Virus record (IMG/VR): IMGVR_UViG_3300047160_018755 | Coordinates: 1 to 64,000 of that record | Origin: a virus | Strand: one strand, 5' to 3' | Length of the DNA: 64,000 nucleotides | In this document: piece by piece, positions 19,949-29,165 of the stretch | Layout of the letters: every line of letters starts with the position of its first letter | Numbering within the stretch: the stretch's first letter is position 1 | Position numbers and translations under genes: made by a program | The notes under the pieces: generated by a model | Told to the model about the DNA's origin: nothing | Database searches by the model: none | What the model saw: the letters and a program-made list of their open reading frames with translations, nothing else

Positions 19949-22309
19949 TTATGGGTTGAAGGTCACTGCGTAGAGCGGGATGTAACCGAGGATCGTGGTG
20001 CCGTCCTTGTCGTAGAGCGGGACGACCTTGGTGTTGGATCCGAGGACCGCCTGGCCCGAGCCACCGCCGACAGTGGTGGCGTTGGTGGAGTTCATGCCGA
20101 GACCGCCGTGAGCGATGAATCGAACGCCGTCCATTGTGCCAAATTGGCCCGCCGCCATATACTGAGCCTGGTGGGACATGTTTTGGACAAATTCGTACAG
20201 CTCGTTCTTGGTGAGTGCTGCTGCCGCGGGGATTCGAATGCCTACGAGACCGTACACCTCATAGCCGGTGGAGTCTTGAGGCGAAAGTGCGAAGCGAAGT
20301 CCGTAAGAAGATCCGGTCGGAGCGACCGTGTTGATGCCGATGGAGCTGAGCCATTGCCACTCGCCGTCTCCTCCGAATCCAGAGTAGAGTGCGGTGCCAA
20401 ACTCGCCAATTGCTCCGAGATTGCTGGCGGTGATACACGATCCCATCAAAAAGCCACCCCCAGTCCCCCAACCGCCCGCCCTGCGGAACCAGCCTGCCAT
20501 GATCCACGCGTCACCAATTGCGGGGAGCGGGATCGCATCGTCTTGGTGGTGAACGTACACGCCGGCCGCCCCGGTGACCTTCACGGCGTTGTGGCCGCCG
20601 AACGGATCGAGGATGCCGGTCGTGACGGTTGCGCCAGCTCCCGGCTCCCAGGACGCCGTGGGCACGACAAAGTTGCCGAACCTGGAATACGAGAGGGGGC
20701 CAACCGCCCTGCGACCCGCCGGGTGCTGCCCGATGAGGCGGCCGGTGCCGTCGATACCAGGCTGACCGTTGACCCAGCTGCTCGCGGGGTCCGCGCTGTA
20801 GCATCCCACCGTTGTAATTCCACCGGACACGAGTCCGCAATTGATCGCGGATGACCCCTGGCCTACGCCGCTGAGAACAACGTCTGGAGTGCCAGGGCTG
20901 TCCCAGTTTCGAACGTTGTATAGCTGGACGATGCCGAACCTGTTCCCGTCGATGCACTCGTAGGCGGGAGGGGCGATAGTTCCGACTGGGATGTCGCCGC
21001 AAATGTTCGAGGCGAAGCAGCCCCAGGTGAAGAGAGGGGAGGCCCACTGACGGATACCGCCGCCAGCGGGGTTACAGTCGCGGACGAAGCAGCCAGAAGC
21101 GTTGGCTGAGCCGGCATCCATCAGGAGCCAGCACTGACGATCAGGATCATGAATGCCATTGGAAGGCAGGTATCCGGTCTGGGATGTGTTTTTGATGTAG
21201 ATGCGTCCGTCGGCCGAGCCGCCGAAATCGTACGCGGGTCCGCGCTGGGGCACGTCGTACACCTCCACGCCCGCTACCGTACCGACGACGTTGTCGAAGA
21301 ACACCAACGAAGAGCCACCGTCGCGCATCTGGCGCGTCCACGTGCCGAAGTTGGTCCACGTACCAGACGTGGCGTAGTTACCAGAGTAGGAGTCCTTACC
21401 GCCGTAGAGGTCCTCGACGGTGATCGTCGCGGCGTCAGGCCCCGTGGCGGTGCAGCGATACATCGTACCCGGGACGTTGAACTCCGACGAGACCACTTCG
21501 ATGCGGTCGCGGACCCTGACCTCGTGGGTCTGGATCGTGCCGATGTTGGTGCCGCTGGCGGATCCGGAGCTGGTCGTCTGGTGGTAAGAGAGATGGCCGG
21601 GAGTACCGGAGACATCACCGCTGACCAGGAAGTCTCCCGAGTCGAAGCTTCCGTTGGTCGACGCAATTCGAACCCACTGCCCAGGGAGCGGATAGGTCTC
21701 GTTGCCGGTGGTGGCGTACGCGATGGTGACGACGTTGCCTACGCGTGATGCGGACGTGATGTTAACGGCCGTGGGCAACGTCAGCACGACGGTAGCGCTG
21801 GTGCCAGAGCGAGTCCACGAGCTGATGTTCTTCTGAATCAGGTTCCCCGAGCTGTCTCGGCGAAAGTCCCACATACGAATGGGGCAGTTATTTTGGAAGG
21901 CACCCGAAGCAAGGTCTTTGAACACCTTCGCCCTACTCGTGCTCACGATCCAGATGCTGGGGTGGAAGCGGTCGGCCCCCGTGCCGTCGAGAACCGAGGC
22001 GACCGGCTCTCCGAACAGACCCCAGTTGAGTCCCGTGTATCCGGTAACCTTCAGCGGAAAGTCGCCGTGAAAGCCGGGGACGGAGATTCCGTCACCGCGC
22101 AGCCAGATCTTCCCGAGAGGAATCCCCTCTTCCAGGTGCAGCTCGCCGCCGCCTGCCGCTTCGATGGCGGTCAGAGCTGCTTCGATCGTCGCCTTCGCGT
22201 GCTGCCAGTCCTTACCCGACCTGGCGTCGTTGCCGTGGACAGCAACGTACTGCTGGAACTGGGTGAGGGCGTCTAGGGGGACGGGCGGTGACGGTGTGGG
22301 TGCCGGCAT
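19949..22309 (-). CDS. tailspike/receptor-binding-like protein
   Basis: N-terminal YVAVHGNDARSGKDWQHAKATIEAAL (start motif of beta-helix proteins), Gly/Trp-rich, C-terminal carbohydrate-binding-like region. Confidence 0.6.
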   Translation of the reverse strand: MPAPTPSPPVPLDALTQFQQYVAVHGNDARSGKDWQHAKATIEAALTAIEAAGGGELHLEEGIPLGKIWLRGDGISVPGFHGDFPLKVTGYTGLNWGLFGEPVASVLDGTGADRFHPSIWIVSTSRAKVFKDLASGAFQNNCPIRMWDFRRDSSGNLIQKNISSWTRSGTSATVVLTLPTAVNITSASRVGNVVTIAYATTGNETYPLPGQWVRIASTNGSFDSGDFLVSGDVSGTPGHLSYHQTTSSGSASGTNIGTIQTHEVRVRDRIEVVSSEFNVPGTMYRCTATGPDAATITVEDLYGGKDSYSGNYATSGTWTNFGTWTRQMRDGGSSLVFFDNVVGTVAGVEVYDVPQRGPAYDFGGSADGRIYIKNTSQTGYLPSNGIHDPDRQCWLLMDAGSANASGCFVRDCNPAGGGIRQWASPLFTWGCFASNICGDIPVGTIAPPAYECIDGNRFGIVQLYNVRNWDSPGTPDVVLSGVGQGSSAINCGLVSGGITTVGCYSADPASSWVNGQPGIDGTGRLIGQHPAGRRAVGPLSYSRFGNFVVPTASWEPGAGATVTTGILDPFGGHNAVKVTGAAGVYVHHQDDAIPLPAIGDAWIMAGWFRRAGGWGTGGGFLMGSCITASNLGAIGEFGTALYSGFGGDGEWQWLSSIGINTVAPTGSSYGLRFALSPQDSTGYEVYGLVGIRIPAAAALTKNELYEFVQNMSHQAQYMAAGQFGTMDGVRFIAHGGLGMNSTNATTVGGGSGQAVLGSNTKVVPLYDKDGTTILGYIPLYAVTFNP

Positions 22310-22334
22310 ATCTACCTAAAGATTGCGGTAGATA

Positions 22335-25300
22335 TCAGGCTCCGATGAAGCTGACCTGGATGTCTTGACTGAGATCCAGCACGAACGGCTTCTCGTACGG
22401 CTGGACCTTGATCTGGTCGCTCTCGACCGTGAACAGCGGCGAGGCGATGGCGACCGAGATCACGCCGACGACAGCGCGGGCCGCGTCGATGATGTCGCTG
22501 AACGAGATCGAGGTCCCGATGGGCGTCTGGTTGATGACCGTGGCCACCGCCGAGCGCACGCGGTTCTCGATGTCCTTGGTGCGGAGGCCCGTCTTCACGC
22601 GCACCGACACACCCACCTGGATGCGCTTCACGAGTGGGCCCTGGATGTTGATGTGCGAGTCGGCCGCGGCGACGCCCGGGTAGGTGGCCGGGTTGGCCGG
22701 GTCGCCGTAGATCACCTTGTTGGCCTCGCGGAGCAGGCCCACGTCGTAGCGGTAGCCGTCCGCGCCAGCCGCGAACCCCTGTGGGAATTCGAGCTTGTCG
22801 AGGACCTGGATGACCGAGCCGGCGCCAGCCGAGATGCCCGCGGGCGCGAACACCTGTTTGTCCCACTTGAGGTCGACGAAGTTGCCGTCGTCCTGGTTCA
22901 GGGTCAGGCCGGCGATACGCTGGACGTACACCATCGGGAGGCCTTCGCGCACGTAGATGTTGCCCGCGCCCGTCAGGGTCGTGGCCAGTCCGTGGGGAAC
23001 CGGCGTGCGGCTGCTGGTGTCGACCGTGAGCTGCGTGAGCACCGTGAACATGTCGCCCGAGCCGACCGTGGTCTCACCGACCGCCTTGATGTCCCAGACG
23101 CCGATGTTGCCGGCGCCCCAGGTGCTGTCGAGGACGACCAGCTGGTCGCCCGGCATGGCCGAGCCGATGTCGAAGAGCTGGACCGTGACGGCCGACGTCT
23201 CCTCGATGACACCGGAGTTCTCGATGTAGATCGTGCCGCCGTTGGCGTTCACGCTGTCGGCGAAGCGGACGACGCGGAACAGGCCCTGGTTGGCCGCCGA
23301 GACCTGGCCCACGTCCGTGATGCTCGGGGCCGGCGTAATGCGGATCCACTGGCCCGGGTGAACGGTCGTGGAGCCGAACGGGTTGGTCAGCGAACCGACG
23401 TCCGCGATGGCGACGAAGTTGCCCTGCTTCTCGAACTGCATGATCACCGGGGTCGCCGTTACGGCCTCGGTGGCCGCGTCGACGTCGAGGGTAATGAGGC
23501 CGTCCGCCGTCCACGACTGGAGCGTCGAGAAGTCGAGGTTGCCGAGCTTCGGCTGCGGGTTTTCGTTCTGGATGCGGCACCAGTGGTTCGTGTGGAGACC
23601 GGTCGAGTCGAGCAGGCTGATGGTGTTGCCGCTGCTGTCGCTCCACTCCAGCGGAGAACCGACAACCGGAGCCGTCACGGCGTTGGCGACGCCACCCTGG
23701 ACCTGGACGCCACCGTTCGAGCCGCCCGTCAGGGTCGAGATCTCCAGGTGGTGGCCCTCACCGGCCTCTTCGATCTCGGCCACAGTCCACAGACCCGTCA
23801 CCGTCGGCGTGTTGAGCCACTCGACGAGGTTCTGGGTCGTGATCGGAACGATGCGCACCGTCTCGTGCTGCCAGTCAGCGTTGGCCGACAGGCTGGAGGA
23901 GATGGGAGCCTTGAACGTCAGGGTGTAGTCGAGCGGAACGACGCCCGGCGAGGTGGTGGTCTGCACCCAGTTGATGCCGTCGCTCAGGCGGTAGAAGAAC
24001 GTCGAGTTGTCGAGTTCGTCGCACGTGTTCTGGACGATGTTGCCCGAGCCCGATCCCGTCTCGAAGGCCGAGATGGGGCAGGTCGATCCGGTCGCCGCGC
24101 GGAGAGCGTTGATGTCGGAGACGGCCGAGGCCGCCGTCTGCGGGCTGTTGGCGAAGATCTTGAAGTAGTTGGCGTTGGCGATGGGCGTCCAGATGAGCGT
24201 CGTCGCGGGGACTTCGAGGCTGCCGTCGTACTGGTCGCCCGACAGGTGCTCGATGTAGTGTCCGCCCGCGGGGACCGAGCTGATCTGGAACGTGATGTTG
24301 CCGTACGCGACGGTGTTGGTCGGGTCGACGACGCGAAGGTAGTCGTACTGGACCGTGCCGCTGCCCGTGTACGTGGCCTCGCCCTGGTTGTCGTAGGACA
24401 CGGTGCCGATGTTGGCGACCGTCGTGGCCGTGCCAGCCTCGGTGTACTGGATCGTGGTGCCCGTGACGGCCGAGACCGTCTTCAAACCCGACGGGAAGTT
24501 CGAGTCTGACGACTGCACCCACACCTTCGCCGTGGCGGCGATGCCGTGGTTCGTGACGGTGGGCGGATTCGTCACCGTCAGGGTGACCGTCGTTGAGGCG
24601 CGAGTCGCCGAGGAGATCGCGAGGTTCAGAACCTCGACGAACGTCGCCGTGCCGCCCGTGGAGACGCCGATGCACACTTTGCCCACCTGCGTGGTGTTGT
24701 GCACCGTGGGGGTGCGGGCCGCGCCCGACTTGAGCTTGATCGTGGTCTGGAAGGCGGTGCCACCCTCGCCCATCACGGTGACAGCCTTCAGCTGGGCCGT
24801 GTCGGTGTCGGGGTTGCCGAAGCGCACTCCCACGCCGTCGCCGTCGGGGCCGAGGCGGAAGTAGCGGAACAGCATGCGACGGTTCGCGTCCGCCGAGAAG
24901 GCGAGGGCGCGAGACGGCATGTACACCGCCATGTCATTGAAGTCGTAGCCGAGGCCGAACGTCTGCGACAGGGCCTCGCCCGCCTGGTCAGCGTCCTTGA
25001 ACGTGTTGGTCGAGGCGTAGACGTTGCCGACCGTCTGGAGGTTGCGCCAGAGGCTGATCGGGAAGCGCTTGTTCTGGTCGTTGTCGATCAGGACGTCGAG
25101 GAGGCCGTTGGGGCTGATCGCGAACGGAGCCGTCGCAGCAACACGGTCCCAGCCGCCCCAGCGCTCGGGAGGAGCGTCGCGGGTGGTCAGCGTGGCGAGG
25201 AGGGCCGTGTCCGTCACGCGTGTGGCGAAGCGGGTCGCGAACTTGTAGTTCGAGTTGGCGCGCTCCTGGCTCCAGGTGCCGCCGCCCGCGCGGGGACCGC

Positions 25301-28300
25301 CGCGGAGCCAGTTCTTGAGGCCGACGATGGCGTAGTCGTAGCCGACGATGCCGCTCGTGACGACCGGCTTCGTGTGGCCCGTGTCCGACTCCTGGCTGAC
25401 GACACGCACGTCCTCGAAGGACGGGGTGCCGAGGTCGGAGTTGCCGCTCATTACCGCGCCCAGGTGCGGGACGAGGTTGGCGACGGCGTCCTCGGTGGAG
25501 AGAAGCATCGGGGCCGCGTTGAGGTCCTGGCTCGCGAGCGAGATGTCGCCCGTGGCGTCGAACGTGTTGGTCGCGACGCGGAGCTTCTGGGTCTTGTAGA
25601 CCGAAGGGGTCGCGCCCGTCAGCTGCGCGCCCAGAGTGTCGGCGAGCGAGCTGGCCGTGTAGTTCGAGCCCGCCGGGACGGTCGTCTTCTGGATGAACGC
25701 ATTGGAGCGGACGAAGGTGATGCCACCGTCGACGAGCGGCACGGCAGACGCGATGCCCGGGTCCGGAGCGGACCACGTGTCGACCGCCTCGTTGTAGACG
25801 TTCAGGATCGCAGTCGGCTGGTAGACGTAGTCGGTGCTGTGGTAGAAGCTGCCGCCCACCGTGGCGATGAGGTTCTTGACGGTGGTGCCGTCGCCCGACA
25901 CGATCTCGACGAGCTGCGTGTCGTAGCGCGCGCCACCCGGCAGCTGGACCACAGCCGGAGACTGCGAGGTGATGGGCGTGAACGTGGTGCCGTCGAACTT
26001 GAAGCCGATGCAGTGGTCCGGGGTGCCGGTGTCCTTGCCGTCGAGGCCGACCACGTCACCGTTGGAGACCTTCACCACGTTCTTCGTGGCGTAGCGGAAG
26101 TTGGCCACCGTCGTCAGGCCCGTCCAGAGGCCCGTGCCGATGGTGTAGATCTCGTACGTGTTCGTGTCGGTGCCGATCTGCTCAGCGTTGCCGATGGCGA
26201 TGACGTTCGTGGGCGACGCACCGGGCGCGCCAAGGCCGAATTCCGCGCGCGGCGAGTTCATCGCGCCCGTGACGGTCGTGGTGTCGGGACCCGGAACGAA
26301 GCGCTCGCAGTGGGTCAGGAGCGCGAAGCCGCTGTCGTAGCCGCCCGCGAGGAGGACCGAGTTGTCGGGGAGCTTCACTGCGCTGTGACGCGTGCGGTGC
26401 TTGATCATATGCAGCTCGCCGCCGATGGTGTCGGCACCCGGGTCGTAGACCTGGTAGCTGTCGAGCGGGCTGGAGCCGTTGTCGCCGCCAGCGATCAAGA
26501 TGCGACCGTCGGTGAGCAGGGTCGCCGTGTGGTTCTGGCGAGCCGTCGTGAGCTGGTGCGCCGAGAGCGTCCAGCTGTCGGTGCTGGGATTGTAGATCTC
26601 GATGGTCTTGGTGACCGTGAAGAGCGAGTTGCTGCCGCCCACCACGACCACCTTGCCGTTCGCCAGCACCGTCGCCGTGTGGAAGACGCGCTCGACGCTC
26701 ATCGGCGCCGCCGGGGTCACGGTCTTGGTGTTGTGGTCGTACAGCTCGGCCGTGGCGATGTTGCCCGTCGACTGCATGGCACCGACCGCCTCGACCGTGT
26801 TGCGCTGGACGATGTTGCCGCCGCACGTGAAGACCTTGCCCGCGGCCGTGCCCACGCCCGGGATGAGGACCGAGCGGTGACCGTGGCGCATGGTCACGTT
26901 CGTCTCGTGGCGCTCGATGGTGAAGCTCTTGTGGTCCGCCGCGACCGAGGCGATGCGGTGCACGCCGCGGATGCTGGCGGGTAGCGAGCTGTCCCACAGG
27001 ATCACCCAGTCCTGCGCCTGGACGTTCTGGAACGCCACCGTCGGCGACGCGTTGAAGGCGAAGACGTTGCCGTAGTCGTTGCTCGCCTGGACGCTGAGAG
27101 TAACGGGCGTGCTCGACGAGAGGCCGTGCTTGATGATCTGGGCGTTGCCGTCGACGAGCCACCAGAGGTGCGCATCGGCCGCGATGTTGATGGTCTCGAA
27201 GGCGTCGGACTCGACGAAGGCGCGGGTCGAGTAGCTGCCCGCGGTGAGACGGTCACCCGCCTCCAAGATCTTCATGAGGACGACCTGCGCCTCGTTGCGG
27301 TCGAGGGTGTAGTCGCGCGCGCGACCGACCACCTTGCCGGCGTTGAAGAAGTGTGCCGCCACCAGGTCGCCGCCGATGATCTCCACCGCGGCCTTTTCGC
27401 TCGGGCCCGAATTGGAGGTGAGCACCAGCCGCCCCGCGTTCACGGTTGCCGTGATACCCGGGATCTTGGCGTTGATCACCGCCGCCCAAGCGGCGAGTGA
27501 GTTCCGGCCGAGCGTTGCGTAGCCGGTGTTGGCATCGATGAAATCTTGGTCCTGGAACGTGTACGTGATCGCCGGGGTGTTGTCGATGGCGATGACGAAG
27601 TCCTTGCCTCCGGACACGGAGTCCCACGCGGACTGCGGCAAGCTCTGGATGACCGCCGTCTCACCGTCCTTCGACAGCAGGCGGTCGTTCTTGTAGAGCC
27701 GCATCGTGTAGTTAACGCCGGCCGGGAACTGGAGGCCGTCGTTGGCGTTGGTTCCGCCCGTGTTCTCGACGACCTCGACGTCCTCGTTGACGTCAACGTT
27801 CGCGAACACCACCACCTGGCTGCCCTGGTTCGCCGTGCGCGCGACGAAGGCGATGTCCGGGTTCGAGTTGATGCTGGCCACCACCTCGTACGCCGACGCG
27901 TTCGAGATCGAGTGGAAGTCATCCGAGCTGAAGATGTGGGTGTAGGCGATGCCACCGACTCGGACCGTCAGCTGGTCCGTGGCGCGGAGAACGAACGGCG
28001 CCGTGTTGGTGCTGATGGCGAATCCACGAGCGATCGGACGCTGGGTCGTCTCGAAGTGGGTCTCGCCGCCCGTGGCGTCGTCCATGAGGCTCTCGACCGC
28101 GATCGCGGCCGTGCGCTCCTCATAGCCGGTGCCATCGTCGACGTAGAGCGTGGACGGGAAGCCGAAGCGCTTCACGAGCGACGCCGAGTTGATGCGGCGG
28201 TTTTCGTCGGGAGCCGTGATGCCCGTGACGGCCGTCGTGATCGCGAGTGTGGTCGCCAGCTGGCGGCTCGCGCGCACGTCACGGATGCGCTCGCGGTAGT

Positions 28301-29132
28301 CGTCGTCCGACTCCGTCTCGCGACCGTTGGTGTACGGGACCGAGTTGGCGACCGTCGCACCCGTGAACGGAAGCGTCGCAAATTCGCTGATGGCACCCGC
28401 GATGACGTTGCCGATCAGACCGCCAAGCTCGGCGGCGACCTGCACGTTGTCGATCTCGGTCTCGCCGTCGGGCAGCGTCACCGGGTAGAGGGTGCGGAAG
28501 GAAATGGCGCTCGCGACACTCGCCTGCGGCGTGCGGACGGCGGTGTTGGGGCCGACGACGCGGTTGCCACCCTGCGCGAGGATGACGGTCTCGGTGGTGT
28601 TGTGGAACTTGGTAGTCGGCGTCGCGAGCGTGACCTCCCAGTGACCACCGACGTCCACGAGGTTCGTGTAGCGGATGGGACCTTCGTAGTTGCTCGTGCC
28701 GCGGCCGATGTAGATCTTGGTGTTAGGCCCAGGCGCCGGGAACTGGCTGGCGTCGACGACGTTGATGGGGACGACCGTGCCCGTGCCGACGATGGGAGCC
28801 GGCGAGCCCTGGAACAGGGTGGTCGCCTTCTTGGTGAAGCTGCTGTCGACGATGTTGACCGTGCCCGTGGCCGGCGTGATCTCCAGCTTGGGCACGCCCT
28901 CGTTGCGACCGATGCGCGAGAGCGCGAGGCCCGTGGCGTTGTCGAGGTCGGCCGACGTCAGGAGGTTGAAGATGTCCTGCGCGTTGCGCATGTCGGACTG
29001 CGCCGCCGCTTCGAGGAGCGAGACGATCGGGCCGCCCACGCGGAGCGACTTGATGCCCTGCTTCGACAGGAAGGCATCGAACATGTCGCCGAGGGTTTGC
29101 GGGTAGCTACGCGGAGTGGGCGTGTCAGCCAT
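22335..29132 (-). CDS. giant baseplate J (gp6-like) protein with Kelch propeller
   Basis: 2265 aa; baseplate-J N-terminus (LDNATGLALSRIGRNEGV; GRETESDDDYRERI) and C-terminus (IGTSISFSDII); Kelch repeats mid-protein. Confidence 0.8.
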   Translation of the reverse strand: MADTPTPRSYPQTLGDMFDAFLSKQGIKSLRVGGPIVSLLEAAAQSDMRNAQDIFNLLTSADLDNATGLALSRIGRNEGVPKLEITPATGTVNIVDSSFTKKATTLFQGSPAPIVGTGTVVPINVVDASQFPAPGPNTKIYIGRGTSNYEGPIRYTNLVDVGGHWEVTLATPTTKFHNTTETVILAQGGNRVVGPNTAVRTPQASVASAISFRTLYPVTLPDGETEIDNVQVAAELGGLIGNVIAGAISEFATLPFTGATVANSVPYTNGRETESDDDYRERIRDVRASRQLATTLAITTAVTGITAPDENRRINSASLVKRFGFPSTLYVDDGTGYEERTAAIAVESLMDDATGGETHFETTQRPIARGFAISTNTAPFVLRATDQLTVRVGGIAYTHIFSSDDFHSISNASAYEVVASINSNPDIAFVARTANQGSQVVVFANVDVNEDVEVVENTGGTNANDGLQFPAGVNYTMRLYKNDRLLSKDGETAVIQSLPQSAWDSVSGGKDFVIAIDNTPAITYTFQDQDFIDANTGYATLGRNSLAAWAAVINAKIPGITATVNAGRLVLTSNSGPSEKAAVEIIGGDLVAAHFFNAGKVVGRARDYTLDRNEAQVVLMKILEAGDRLTAGSYSTRAFVESDAFETINIAADAHLWWLVDGNAQIIKHGLSSSTPVTLSVQASNDYGNVFAFNASPTVAFQNVQAQDWVILWDSSLPASIRGVHRIASVAADHKSFTIERHETNVTMRHGHRSVLIPGVGTAAGKVFTCGGNIVQRNTVEAVGAMQSTGNIATAELYDHNTKTVTPAAPMSVERVFHTATVLANGKVVVVGGSNSLFTVTKTIEIYNPSTDSWTLSAHQLTTARQNHTATLLTDGRILIAGGDNGSSPLDSYQVYDPGADTIGGELHMIKHRTRHSAVKLPDNSVLLAGGYDSGFALLTHCERFVPGPDTTTVTGAMNSPRAEFGLGAPGASPTNVIAIGNAEQIGTDTNTYEIYTIGTGLWTGLTTVANFRYATKNVVKVSNGDVVGLDGKDTGTPDHCIGFKFDGTTFTPITSQSPAVVQLPGGARYDTQLVEIVSGDGTTVKNLIATVGGSFYHSTDYVYQPTAILNVYNEAVDTWSAPDPGIASAVPLVDGGITFVRSNAFIQKTTVPAGSNYTASSLADTLGAQLTGATPSVYKTQKLRVATNTFDATGDISLASQDLNAAPMLLSTEDAVANLVPHLGAVMSGNSDLGTPSFEDVRVVSQESDTGHTKPVVTSGIVGYDYAIVGLKNWLRGGPRAGGGTWSQERANSNYKFATRFATRVTDTALLATLTTRDAPPERWGGWDRVAATAPFAISPNGLLDVLIDNDQNKRFPISLWRNLQTVGNVYASTNTFKDADQAGEALSQTFGLGYDFNDMAVYMPSRALAFSADANRRMLFRYFRLGPDGDGVGVRFGNPDTDTAQLKAVTVMGEGGTAFQTTIKLKSGAARTPTVHNTTQVGKVCIGVSTGGTATFVEVLNLAISSATRASTTVTLTVTNPPTVTNHGIAATAKVWVQSSDSNFPSGLKTVSAVTGTTIQYTEAGTATTVANIGTVSYDNQGEATYTGSGTVQYDYLRVVDPTNTVAYGNITFQISSVPAGGHYIEHLSGDQYDGSLEVPATTLIWTPIANANYFKIFANSPQTAASAVSDINALRAATGSTCPISAFETGSGSGNIVQNTCDELDNSTFFYRLSDGINWVQTTTSPGVVPLDYTLTFKAPISSSLSANADWQHETVRIVPITTQNLVEWLNTPTVTGLWTVAEIEEAGEGHHLEISTLTGGSNGGVQVQGGVANAVTAPVVGSPLEWSDSSGNTISLLDSTGLHTNHWCRIQNENPQPKLGNLDFSTLQSWTADGLITLDVDAATEAVTATPVIMQFEKQGNFVAIADVGSLTNPFGSTTVHPGQWIRITPAPSITDVGQVSAANQGLFRVVRFADSVNANGGTIYIENSGVIEETSAVTVQLFDIGSAMPGDQLVVLDSTWGAGNIGVWDIKAVGETTVGSGDMFTVLTQLTVDTSSRTPVPHGLATTLTGAGNIYVREGLPMVYVQRIAGLTLNQDDGNFVDLKWDKQVFAPAGISAGAGSVIQVLDKLEFPQGFAAGADGYRYDVGLLREANKVIYGDPANPATYPGVAAADSHINIQGPLVKRIQVGVSVRVKTGLRTKDIENRVRSAVATVINQTPIGTSISFSDIIDAARAVVGVISVAIASPLFTVESDQIKVQPYEKPFVLDLSQDIQVSFIGA

Positions 29133-29165
29133 AGTCCCCCAGAAGATTGCGGCTTTAAGTGCTTG

